In this document: in pieces, positions 27,619 through 36,310 of the stretch
How positions within the stretch are numbered: position 1 is the first letter of the stretch
Layout: each line of letters starts with the position of its first letter
Source: an uncultured delta proteobacterium
Lineage (GTDB): Bacteria > Desulfobacterota > Binatia > Binatales > Binataceae
NCBI GenBank assembly: GCA_963842085.1
Contig: CAWJET010000002.1
Coordinates: 96,001-160,000 of the forward strand
Reading direction: 5' to 3'
Length of the DNA: 64,000 nucleotides
Position numbers and translations under genes: made by a program
Notes under the pieces: generated by a model
Database searches by the model: none
Seen by the model: only the letters and a program-made list of their open reading frames with translations
What the model was told of the DNA's origin: nothing

Positions 27619-28056
27619 GTGAGTTACGCGACCGCGCAAGACGTGATCAATCGATATCCCAATCGAGACCTGGTCCAACTGACTAATGAAGATCCGACGG
27701 CGACCACGGTAAATGACGCGCCGATCACGCAGGCCCTGGCCGACGCTTCCGCGGAAATCGATGGCTATATCGAAGGACGCTTCGCGCTGCCGCTGACTGA
27801 TCCGCCGGCAATTCTAAACCGTCTCACGACAGATATCGCGATGTACCGGCTGCAATCGCTGCGGCCGCTGCACGACCTCGCGGACGCGCGCAAACGTTAT
27901 GAAGACGCGGTCGCGATGCTGACGAAGGTCGCGGCGGGCGAGCTGACGCTCGGACTGTCGGCAGACGGACAGGAACCGCCGGTGGCAGCAGCGGCGGTGG
28001 AAACAGTGCCGGGGTCGGAGCGTGTTTTCAACCGCGGGAATTTGAAGGGCTACTGA
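27619..28056 (+). CDS. Mu gp36-like (DUF1320) head-tail adaptor
   Basis: SYAT..D...LVQLT...ADASAEIDGY...LPL...DIAMYRL...RYEDA; GTG start with GAGG RBS. Confidence 0.9.
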   Translation: MSYATAQDVINRYPNRDLVQLTNEDPTATTVNDAPITQALADASAEIDGYIEGRFALPLTDPPAILNRLTTDIAMYRLQSLRPLHDLADARKRYEDAVAMLTKVAAGELTLGLSADGQEPPVAAAAVETVPGSERVFNRGNLKGY

Positions 28057-28057
28057 G

Positions 28058-28879
28058 ATGGGTGCCATGCTCGACGCGCCATGGAACGGCGCGGTGTTCA
28101 CGCCCCCAACGGCGATCGATATCGCGACGATCGAAGACGCAATCGTCAGCCAGCTACAATCGCAAATCAACTCGATCGAAATCGCGCACTATCCGGATCG
28201 GCCCGAGAGCTGGCGCCTGACGCATCGCGTAGGCGCGGCGCTGGTAATGTACAAGGGCGCGCAATACGGCGAGCTGCTCGACACCGCGGCGATAATCCAG
28301 GAACGCAAACTCGAGTTCGAGATAGCGATAATTATGCGCGACCTGGGGTGGGCGGTCGGCGGCGACCCGTCGGGGCCGAGTCCCGGGGCGTACGCAATCA
28401 TTGAAGGCGTTCGCGCAGCGCTGACCGGGTATCTGATTCCGGGTTGCCGCAAGATGTACCCGGTGCGCGAGAAGTTCGTAAAGCGCGACAAGCAGGGGGG
28501 CGTGTGGACCTACGCGTCGACGTTTGCGCTGAGCACGATGGCAGTCGAAGCCTCGCAGCCGAACGACTACCCGCTCTTCATCAAGGGCGTGGCGCTGGAA
28601 GAAGGCGCACAGACTTCAATCACGGTCGGCGCGGCGGCGTACACATTCGGCTCCAACCTGCAGGTCCAGCTTCCGCAGGGCAACGTGTTTGCGGTGAGCG
28701 TGACGGGTCCCGGTGGAGCAGCGCTGATCGAGGGCACGGACTTTTCGGTCGATCGCGCGAACGGAATCATCGCGGCAATACAAGGCGGTGCAATAACCGC
28801 CGGCGAAACCGTGCAGATTGCATACGCATACGCCGAAGAGGCTATTGCGACAGCGGGCCAGAGCGAGCCGACTAACTAA
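28058..28879 (+). CDS. Mu gp37-like tail terminator with C-terminal extra domain
   Basis: YPDRPESWRLTHRVGAALVMYKG, GAYAIIEGVRAALTGY; ~90-aa extension. Confidence 0.8.
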   Translation: MGAMLDAPWNGAVFTPPTAIDIATIEDAIVSQLQSQINSIEIAHYPDRPESWRLTHRVGAALVMYKGAQYGELLDTAAIIQERKLEFEIAIIMRDLGWAVGGDPSGPSPGAYAIIEGVRAALTGYLIPGCRKMYPVREKFVKRDKQGGVWTYASTFALSTMAVEASQPNDYPLFIKGVALEEGAQTSITVGAAAYTFGSNLQVQLPQGNVFAVSVTGPGGAALIEGTDFSVDRANGIIAAIQGGAITAGETVQIAYAYAEEAIATAGQSEPTN

Positions 28880-28923
28880 TGCGGTTGAATAGTAATTCGA
28901 ATCAACTGAGTAACAGGTGATAC

Positions 28924-30465
28924 ATGCCAGCCAGTTTTCTGCACGGAGTTGAGGTAATCGAAGTGCCTAACGGGCCGGTTCCGGTCACTGTCGTCAAGTC
29001 GGCAGTGATTGGACTGGTGGGAACGGCGCCGACGTGGGCGGTGGCGTCGCCGACGGTCGCAGCAGCGCTCAACACGCCGACGCTGGTTTCGTCGGCGCTC
29101 GATGCGGCGCAGCTCGGACCCCTGGTTCGCGGATACACCGTTCCGTACGCATTAGCGGCGATCCAGGCGCAGGGAGCAGGACAGGCGATCGTGGTCAACG
29201 TGTTCGATCCCAGCAGACATTTCACCGCGATAGCGGCGACCGCATTCACCTTCAATACGCAAGGAGCCATTAACCTCGGACACATGGGCGTGTCGAACGT
29301 GGTAGTCACTAGTAATCCGGCGGGTACTACCTATGTTGCGGGCACTGACTATACGATCGACGCGGTGAACGGCGCGATTGTGGTAGTGCCAGCAGGATCG
29401 GGAGGACATATCAGCGCCGGCGCCAGCGTATTGATCGCATTTGACTATGCGGATCCGTCGAAGGTGGCGGACGCAGACGTGATCGGAGCAATCACGGGCG
29501 GCGTTTACACGGGGATGCAGGCATTCCAGACGACCTACGGGACGATGGGATTCTTCCCCAAGATACTAATTGCTCCCGGCTACTCACAGGACGCGAGCGT
29601 CGGGACTGCGCTCGACGCGATGGCGAGGAAGATTCGCGCGATAGCGCTGGTAGATTCGCCGCCGGGGACCTCGGCGACGACCGCGATAACGAATCGGGGA
29701 GTCGTGGGCAACGGCTTCGCAACGTCGAGCAGCCGGACAGTTCTCTGCTATCCGCAGGAGACGTTTTTCGACACGGGAGTGGTGCCGACGGGAGTAACGC
29801 TCAACGCGTCGGGAACGCCGATACCGTCGCAATTCAACGCAAATGCGGTGGCGCCATATTCGCACTGGGTGGCAGGAGCGATAGCGGCGAAAGACCTGGC
29901 GCAAGGGTACTGGTGGTCGCCGTCCAACACGCAGGTCGATGGAATGCTCGGGCCGGACGTTCAGCTGTACGCGTCCATTCTGGACGCGTCGTCCGACGTG
30001 AACAACCTGAATGGGGCGGGAATCGTGACAGTGTTCAATGCATTCGGCACCGGCCTGCGGGTGTGGGGGAACAGGAGCGCGGCGTACCCGACGTCTACCG
30101 CGCCGGACAACTTTATCTCGGTGCGGCGCACGATGGACGCAATCGAGGAATCGGTGGAACTCGCGATGCTGCAGTTTATCGATCAACCGATCTCGAACGC
30201 GCTGATCGACGCGATCCTGGCCAGCGCGAACGCGTTCATCAGGTCGCTCATTCAGCGCGGCGCACTGGTAGCCGGCGCAGCAAGCTTCGACCCGGCGGAG
30301 AATCCAGCCGCGCAGATCGCGGCCGGGCAGCTGGTGTTCGACATCGACGTGATGCCTCCGCCGCCCGCGGAACGAATCACCTTTGAAGCATTCATAGATG
30401 CTGCGTTGCTGCAGCAACTCGGACAGACGAGTCCGATAACCGTAGCGGCCGGAGCGACGGCGTAA
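28924..30465 (+). CDS. contractile tail sheath (P2 FI-like)
   Basis: FLHGVEVIEV, SAVIGLVGTAP, PKILIAPG, GYWWSPSN, GLRVWGNRS, PPPAERITF. Confidence 0.95.
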   Translation: MPASFLHGVEVIEVPNGPVPVTVVKSAVIGLVGTAPTWAVASPTVAAALNTPTLVSSALDAAQLGPLVRGYTVPYALAAIQAQGAGQAIVVNVFDPSRHFTAIAATAFTFNTQGAINLGHMGVSNVVVTSNPAGTTYVAGTDYTIDAVNGAIVVVPAGSGGHISAGASVLIAFDYADPSKVADADVIGAITGGVYTGMQAFQTTYGTMGFFPKILIAPGYSQDASVGTALDAMARKIRAIALVDSPPGTSATTAITNRGVVGNGFATSSSRTVLCYPQETFFDTGVVPTGVTLNASGTPIPSQFNANAVAPYSHWVAGAIAAKDLAQGYWWSPSNTQVDGMLGPDVQLYASILDASSDVNNLNGAGIVTVFNAFGTGLRVWGNRSAAYPTSTAPDNFISVRRTMDAIEESVELAMLQFIDQPISNALIDAILASANAFIRSLIQRGALVAGAASFDPAENPAAQIAAGQLVFDIDVMPPPPAERITFEAFIDAALLQQLGQTSPITVAAGATA

Positions 30466-30489
30466 TTCGGCCTACTCTAGGGGAACAGG

Positions 30490-31009
30490 ATGAATATCCA
30501 GATCAACTCACTGACTAATGCAAATATATACATCGACGGCATCGGACTGCTCGGGCGGGCCGAAGAGATAGAGATCGCCAACCCCAAGCACAAGATGATC
30601 GACTACAAGGACCTGGGGATGGCGGGAACGGCCGAGTTGTGGGCGGGAGTGGAGAAGCTCGAGTCGAAGATCAAGTGGGCGTCGTTCGACGCGGATACGC
30701 TTACGCTGTCGACCAGTCCTTTCCAGACGCATTCCTTCCAGGCGCGAGGCAAACCTGGAGCAGTACACCAGCCAGGGCCGAACTGCACAGCTGCCGGTGG
30801 TGTACCTGATGACGGGAATCTTCAAGGATGCCGGCAGTCCGACTTTCCGCCAGCATCAGATGGTCGAAACCACGTCGGTAGTAAGTATCTATCACTGCGA
30901 GCTATTCGTGGCCGGAGTTCAAATATACTTGTACGACGTATTCGCCAATATCTACGTGGTCGGCGGCGTCGATCAACTGAGTACTTTCCGATCGAACCTT
31001 GGCGGCTGA
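30490..31009 (+). pseudogene. tail tube (P2 FII-like), +1 frameshift at ~30751-30753
   Basis: Removing one A from GGCAAACCTG joins MNIQINSLTNANIYIDG... to ...NLEQYTSQG...DQLSTFRSNLGG*, giving 172 aa; may be a sequencing error. Confidence 0.85.
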
Positions 31010-31043
31010 CGGAGCACAGCAGTGAAGCCGAAAGACGGGAGCG

Positions 31044-31820
31044 ATGACTAATGAAGAGCGACGAGATTACGGTGCCGGCGCAACGACCGCGAGTGTCGCA
31101 GCCGCGGCCACGGCCCCAGGAGCGAGCGCGAATGGCTACCTGGCGGGGCAGGTCAGCGTCCAGCTAAATCCGAATGCCTTGATCGCGAGCGTGACCAACA
31201 CGAGCACGACCACCGGCGGATCCGCGCCGGAAACGGACGACCATCTGCGCACGCGCATCCAGGCCGCGCCCAATCAGTTCAGCGTCGCCGGGCCGACGGG
31301 AGCGTACCGGTTCTATGCGATCGGCGCCGATCCATCGATTGTCGATGCGCAAATCGTCAGTCCCGCGCCCGGAGCGGTGAACGCGTACGTGCTGACCGGG
31401 CCGGTGACCGTGCAGCCGGCGGCGGCGCCAAACAGTGCGGGAGTCGCCAACTCGGCGCTGCTGGGGAAAGTCGCCGCGGTGCTGAATGCCGACACCGTGC
31501 GTCCGCTCACCGACACCGTAAATGTGCTCGCGGTGACCGAGGTGGATTACCAGATCACCGCGACCGTGACGCTTTACTCGGACGCGGATCCGACCGCGAC
31601 GATCACTGCGGCGACCGCCGCCGCGCAGGAGCTCGCGCTGGAGCTCGCGGCCAAGATTCAGCGCGACATCGTGCCGAGCCAGATAATAGCTGCGCTATCG
31701 GTCGCCGGCGTTTATGGCGTGACGCTCACGTCGCCGGTGCTGACCCCGCTTACGGCAGGGCAGTGGGCGAACTGCACGATGATCTCGCTGACGACGGCGT
31801 TCAGCACGGAGCACAGCTGA
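31044..31820 (+). pseudogene. baseplate J-like protein, N-terminally truncated
   Basis: GGSAPETDDHLRTRI, FSVAGPTGAYRF, VRPLTDTV motifs; N-terminal J region absent. Confidence 0.8.
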
Positions 31821-32683
31821 TGCCCGAGCTTTCGGCCGCGCCGTCGATCAACGATACCCGCACGCAAGCCTTGCTGGTGCTGATCGCGCGGCTCGCGGCG
31901 CTCGACCTCTCGACGCTGCTCGTTTACCGGATCGACTCGGTGGTGGAAGAGGCGTTGCCGTTCCTGGCGTGGCAATTCGACATCCTGTCTCCCCTGTGGC
32001 AATTGGTCGCGCCGGTGTCGCTCGGAGTTGACGCGCTTACCAACATCGATTTGCTGATCGACGTCGACAACCTGATCGAGTCCGGCGGCTTGGTCTCGGC
32101 GCAGGCTCTGACGGAAGCGGGCGAGCGCGAGCTGCTCAAGAGTGCGGTCGCGCTGCATCGCTTTCGCGGCACGCCGTGGGCGGTGAAGCAGGCGCTCGCG
32201 TCTTTGGGATGGACGCAGGTCACCCTGCTCGAAGGACAATTGAGCTGGGGTGGCGACGCGTATCCGCCGAACCAGGGATGGGCGGCGTTCCGCGTGATGA
32301 TCGATCTGGCGGCCGGACAGGGCGTATCGATTGGCGCGGCCTCGACGGCCTCGGCAGCGGTAAATTTCTTCAAACCGGCACGCGCGTGGCTGGACTCGTT
32401 ATGGTTTGCGGTGCCGGCGATTTCCGACGTGGGGCCCGCGCCATCAGACCGGTTGACGCTCGGCGGAATTGCCGAGTACCAGCTCGACGCGGCGCCCGCG
32501 CCGAGCGACAACGCGCTGGCGCTTGCAGTGGCGACGGCGTCGCTGACCGATGCGTACGGTCCGATTGTACCCGCTTACGACGGTCACTATCTGCACAGCG
32601 GGATTACTTACGGCGTCAACGAACCCGCGGTTGCAGACTCGGCGCTGATCGTCAGCGGCGCAGCCGTATTGCACGGAGGTTAA
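31820..32683 (+). CDS. P2 gpI-like baseplate/tail protein
   Basis: ALPFLAWQF, RELLKSAVALHRFRGTPWAVK, FFKPAR; TGATG coupling to J. Confidence 0.88.
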   Translation: MPELSAAPSINDTRTQALLVLIARLAALDLSTLLVYRIDSVVEEALPFLAWQFDILSPLWQLVAPVSLGVDALTNIDLLIDVDNLIESGGLVSAQALTEAGERELLKSAVALHRFRGTPWAVKQALASLGWTQVTLLEGQLSWGGDAYPPNQGWAAFRVMIDLAAGQGVSIGAASTASAAVNFFKPARAWLDSLWFAVPAISDVGPAPSDRLTLGGIAEYQLDAAPAPSDNALALAVATASLTDAYGPIVPAYDGHYLHSGITYGVNEPAVADSALIVSGAAVLHGG

Positions 32684-32684
32684 A

Positions 32685-33149
32685 ATGAGCAGGCCGATTG
32701 GAATCGTGCGAGTCCGCCTGGTCGAGCGCGGCCGTATCGTATGGGCATACGAGGGCCGCAATCTTTTCGTGAACGCCGGGCTGCCGGCGCTCGCAGCGCT
32801 GCTCGGCGGCGATACCACCGGCGAATTCGCAGCTGCGGTCGGATTCGGCTCGGGAACGAACGTGCCGACGGTGGCCGACACGGCGCTGACCGCGCCCGCA
32901 TATTACAAGGCGCTCGACGGCCACAGCGAAGACGGCAACGGCAGCGTGACCTTCAACTGGTCGCTGACGACGGGCGATACGGGCGCGCAGGGGATCACCA
33001 TTCAGGAGCTGGCGATCTTCGCCAATCATGCCAGCGCGGCACTGCCCGGAACGACCGCGCCGACCCCGATGCTCGCGCGCAAGACGATCGCGCCAATAGT
33101 ATTTGGCGCAGGAATGAGTATTAGCGGCACGTGGACGCTTACTTTCTGA
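32685..33149 (+). CDS. phage tail-associated protein
   Basis: NLFVNAG...GFGSGT..PT.ADTAL...G.TIQEL..F...LARKT pattern; GGAGG RBS. Confidence 0.75.
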   Translation: MSRPIGIVRVRLVERGRIVWAYEGRNLFVNAGLPALAALLGGDTTGEFAAAVGFGSGTNVPTVADTALTAPAYYKALDGHSEDGNGSVTFNWSLTTGDTGAQGITIQELAIFANHASAALPGTTAPTPMLARKTIAPIVFGAGMSISGTWTLTF

Positions 33150-33157
33150 GGTAGTCA

Positions 33158-33730
33158 ATGGCTACACTAATCGACGCAGCCGAGTACACCTCGAATGAGG
33201 TGTATCAGATTCAAGCAACCGATCCGGTCGAAGGCGCTGCCAGCGGCGCGAGTTTCAGCGGCACCGGCATCTCGAATCAACCGCATCAGCAACTGGCTAA
33301 TCGCACCGCATTTCTGAAACAGCGGCAGGACGTAAATATCTCGAATATCGGAGTATTGCAGGCGTTCCAGGCATTGTTTACCGGCCTGATGGCGCAAAAT
33401 GGCTACTTGAAGATTCCCGTCGCGGACATAAATCGCGGGCTCGTCCAGTATATTATCCAGTGGGGTCTTGGGAACTGGGGCAGCAAGCAGAGCGAGGGAC
33501 TCTATGGGCCTTATTCCTTCCCGATTGCCTTCCCCAACGCGTGCGAAGTGTTCATGCCGGTGACATTGACGCCGGAGTCGCCCGGCCATGCAGGCGCCGG
33601 CGATAACGTCCTGATGATCAGCGCCAGCTACCTCCCGACCACCTCACAGTTCTGGGTCTGGAACAACAGTCCTGGTCCCGACTCGACTGATGCTTCGCAA
33701 GGCTTTTACTGGTTCGCGATCGGATTCTGA
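33158..33730 (+). CDS. short tail fibre-like protein (gp53-like C-terminus)
   Basis: VYQIQATDPVEG, NQPHQQLANRTAFLK, NGYLKIP..IIQWG, FPIAFPNAC, YWFAIGF. Confidence 0.85.
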   Translation: MATLIDAAEYTSNEVYQIQATDPVEGAASGASFSGTGISNQPHQQLANRTAFLKQRQDVNISNIGVLQAFQALFTGLMAQNGYLKIPVADINRGLVQYIIQWGLGNWGSKQSEGLYGPYSFPIAFPNACEVFMPVTLTPESPGHAGAGDNVLMISASYLPTTSQFWVWNNSPGPDSTDASQGFYWFAIGF

Positions 33731-33764
33731 GGCTATCAAGAAAGCTTGCGATGGGTGGATGGAG

Positions 33765-36293
33765 ATGAATTTGAGACGGACGATTTCGCCAGCGGTCGCA
33801 GCCGTGATGTTCGCCGCGACGATCCTGCTGTCTATGAGTTCCGGGGCGCTGGCGCAGAATCTGCCGCCGCCCGGAGCTTATCAGCCGATACCGAACTTCA
33901 CGGGTGTGGGCGCGGGGTTGCAGTTCCGCGAAGCGATCAACCAGCGATTTTCCGGCAGCCAGCCGATCTCACCCGCGATAGTCACGCCGACCTTTGCCAA
34001 TCTGCCAGCTGAGCAGGATGGGATGTTGCTCTTCTGCAAGGACTGCAGGAGTGCGACGCCGTGCGTGAGCGGCGGAGCCGGTGCGTGGGCCCTGGGTACT
34101 CGAGGACAATGGGCATGCGCAGGCGCCGCGCTGGAAGCGAGCCTCAACGCGAATGGCAACAAGGTATCGAACCTCGCCAGCGCGACCGTCAATGGCGACG
34201 CGCTCGCGTTCGGACAGACGGGCGCGCAGCTCAACACGCTGTCGGGCTCGAAGCTCGACGGCAGCGACGCAATCGCCAATGTCAGCGTAAATGGCGCGCG
34301 CAACGCGGCGGATTATGGCGTCGTTTCCGGCTCGCAGAACACGGGCAGCGTCACAATCTCAGCCGGCTCGACGTCCGCGACGCTCGCGGCGGCTGGCGAC
34401 TGGGAAAACGGCGAGCGTATCGCGGTTCCGGGCGCTGGCCCAACGCCGTCGATTGCGACGCCCACGGCGCCGACCGTCGCCGCGACGTGCTCAGGTACGT
34501 GTGCAACGGGCTATACCTACAAAGTTGCCGCGCTCGACGGAAAGTGCGGTGAGACCGCGGCTAGTGTTGCGAGCACAAGCGTAAATAATGCGGTCACTCT
34601 GACCGAAGCAAAGTTCAACATGCTCACGATACCGACAGCGGCAGGTTACACTGCATTCGTCGTTTATCGCGGTACGTCGCCAATCGCGATCATTCCTGCG
34701 TCGGAAGAGAACGCCAGCAACGTCAGCCCGGCGACCTACTATCGCGACATCGGTGGAAGTGCCATCACGATTGTCAGCCCGTGCCTTTCGGCGACGCCGC
34801 CAAGCAGCGCCGGTGCGGATGCGCTCTACACGACGATCTCAAGCGGCGGCGGCACGACGATTCTGACCTTGGCGAACGCGGCGACCACCAGCGTTACGTC
34901 CGCGACCAGCTATCATGACGACTCTGTGGCTATTGCGACCGCCGCGACGCCCACGAGCTACGCGACGGGTGTGCGCGTTGCGCTGCCGCCCAATGTGAGG
35001 TTTGCGGTGAGTCAGCCGATTGTGGTCGGCGGCGTGCCCGGTGCTTCCAGCAATACATGGGCTGGCATTCAGCTAACCGGCGGTTCGTACACGTCGATTG
35101 CGACTACGCCGATGATGCAGGGGATGAGCGTCATCAAGGGCGTCAATACTTTTCAGATGGCGACGGATGACATCGACATTGACGAGAGCAACGGATCGGC
35201 GCTCTGCGCGGTCGAGCATAATGTAAACAACCCTGTAGGCGGAATCGGTGGCGCATACGTCGGCGAGAGTCAGGACACCAACCTGAATTTCTCGACCGGC
35301 CAGCCATACTATGGGATCTGCTACACGGCCGCGGCGGGCTACGACCAGAACAATTCAGAGAACTTCATTCGTGCACTGCAAGGCTCGGCCGTTAACGCAG
35401 CAGTCTTAATTGGACACTCGCAGTCGCTTCAAAACACTATCTACGGCGGCAACTTTGCGGGCGTTGGCGAGGGCGCGATAGAGTTGCATGGCGGCTCGTT
35501 TCACATGCTTGGCGGTATCTCTAGCTCGAATGTGTGGATGTTCGACTTCGAGGCTGGTGGCTACGACCATCAGAGTAGTGCGACCGGAGTTACTGTCGAG
35601 ATCGGGCCTGCGACTCTCTATGCTGCTGCGGCTGCGACTTTTTACGGTAGTAACAACGGTATGTCTATTACGAACTCCGATCTAGGTATGCAGTCCACCA
35701 GCACGGGCGGGCTAGCGGTTGACGTCGAGAACACGGGTTTTGTGCTGCACGTCAGCAATTCTCGCTGGCAAGATGGGGGTGCTGCCGAAAACATCACCTT
35801 CAAGGGCTCCTTGGCAACTATTACTGATAGCTGGTCAGGCGCGGGCGCAATTATCAACGGTAGCGGTATAATGAACATTTGGCGCACAGAGTTCGCCAGT
35901 GGCGCTCCCACCATTACCAACGGCGGCACCTTTTGCGGGCAGCAGAATATCCCCATAGGTGTTCTTCCAGGTTCTCCGCTCAATGCACGCCCTCAAAGCG
36001 CTCCGTGGGATTCCGCGGTCGTTCAAACAGTAATTACCGGCGTGACGGCGGGCACAGCGGTTTGCTCTCAGCCATTCGCAGGCCCCAGCTATGTTAAAGC
36101 GATTTGTTACTTGAACGGCTACGAGAACACGACCGGCACGGCGCAGACCTATACGTATCCACATTCCTTTATTCAGAATCCCTATCTCGCGCACGACGAT
36201 TCAGGCGGCTCAACCGCCAATACTACGACGCTGACCTTTCCAGCGACCATGAGCAGCACCAAGACTGGCTGGGTGGTGGTCGAGGGCTATTAA
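33765..36293 (+). CDS. tailspike/adhesin-like protein with Sec signal peptide
   Basis: MNLRRTISPAVAAVMFAATILLSMSSGALA|Q; NAADYG and DDSVAI beta-helix-cap-like motifs; last gene of the tail operon. Confidence 0.7.
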   Translation: MNLRRTISPAVAAVMFAATILLSMSSGALAQNLPPPGAYQPIPNFTGVGAGLQFREAINQRFSGSQPISPAIVTPTFANLPAEQDGMLLFCKDCRSATPCVSGGAGAWALGTRGQWACAGAALEASLNANGNKVSNLASATVNGDALAFGQTGAQLNTLSGSKLDGSDAIANVSVNGARNAADYGVVSGSQNTGSVTISAGSTSATLAAAGDWENGERIAVPGAGPTPSIATPTAPTVAATCSGTCATGYTYKVAALDGKCGETAASVASTSVNNAVTLTEAKFNMLTIPTAAGYTAFVVYRGTSPIAIIPASEENASNVSPATYYRDIGGSAITIVSPCLSATPPSSAGADALYTTISSGGGTTILTLANAATTSVTSATSYHDDSVAIATAATPTSYATGVRVALPPNVRFAVSQPIVVGGVPGASSNTWAGIQLTGGSYTSIATTPMMQGMSVIKGVNTFQMATDDIDIDESNGSALCAVEHNVNNPVGGIGGAYVGESQDTNLNFSTGQPYYGICYTAAAGYDQNNSENFIRALQGSAVNAAVLIGHSQSLQNTIYGGNFAGVGEGAIELHGGSFHMLGGISSSNVWMFDFEAGGYDHQSSATGVTVEIGPATLYAAAAATFYGSNNGMSITNSDLGMQSTSTGGLAVDVENTGFVLHVSNSRWQDGGAAENITFKGSLATITDSWSGAGAIINGSGIMNIWRTEFASGAPTITNGGTFCGQQNIPIGVLPGSPLNARPQSAPWDSAVVQTVITGVTAGTAVCSQPFAGPSYVKAICYLNGYENTTGTAQTYTYPHSFIQNPYLAHDDSGGSTANTTTLTFPATMSSTKTGWVVVEGY

Positions 36294-36310
36294 CGACACG
36301 TAGCTAAGCG

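Noticed and set aside
30740-30760. Programmed frameshift in the tail tube gene
   Set aside because: No X XXY YYZ slippery heptamer; tail frameshifts normally occur in the chaperone gene; mutation or read error is more likely
28924-36293. Stand-alone tailocin, eCIS or T6SS
   Set aside because: Co-transcribed with capsid and protease genes, lacks tape measure, spike and hub, and has no Afp/Tss signature genes
33158-36293. Diversity-generating retroelement or invertible fibre cassette
   Set aside because: No reverse transcriptase, invertase, TR/VR pair or flanking inverted sites seen
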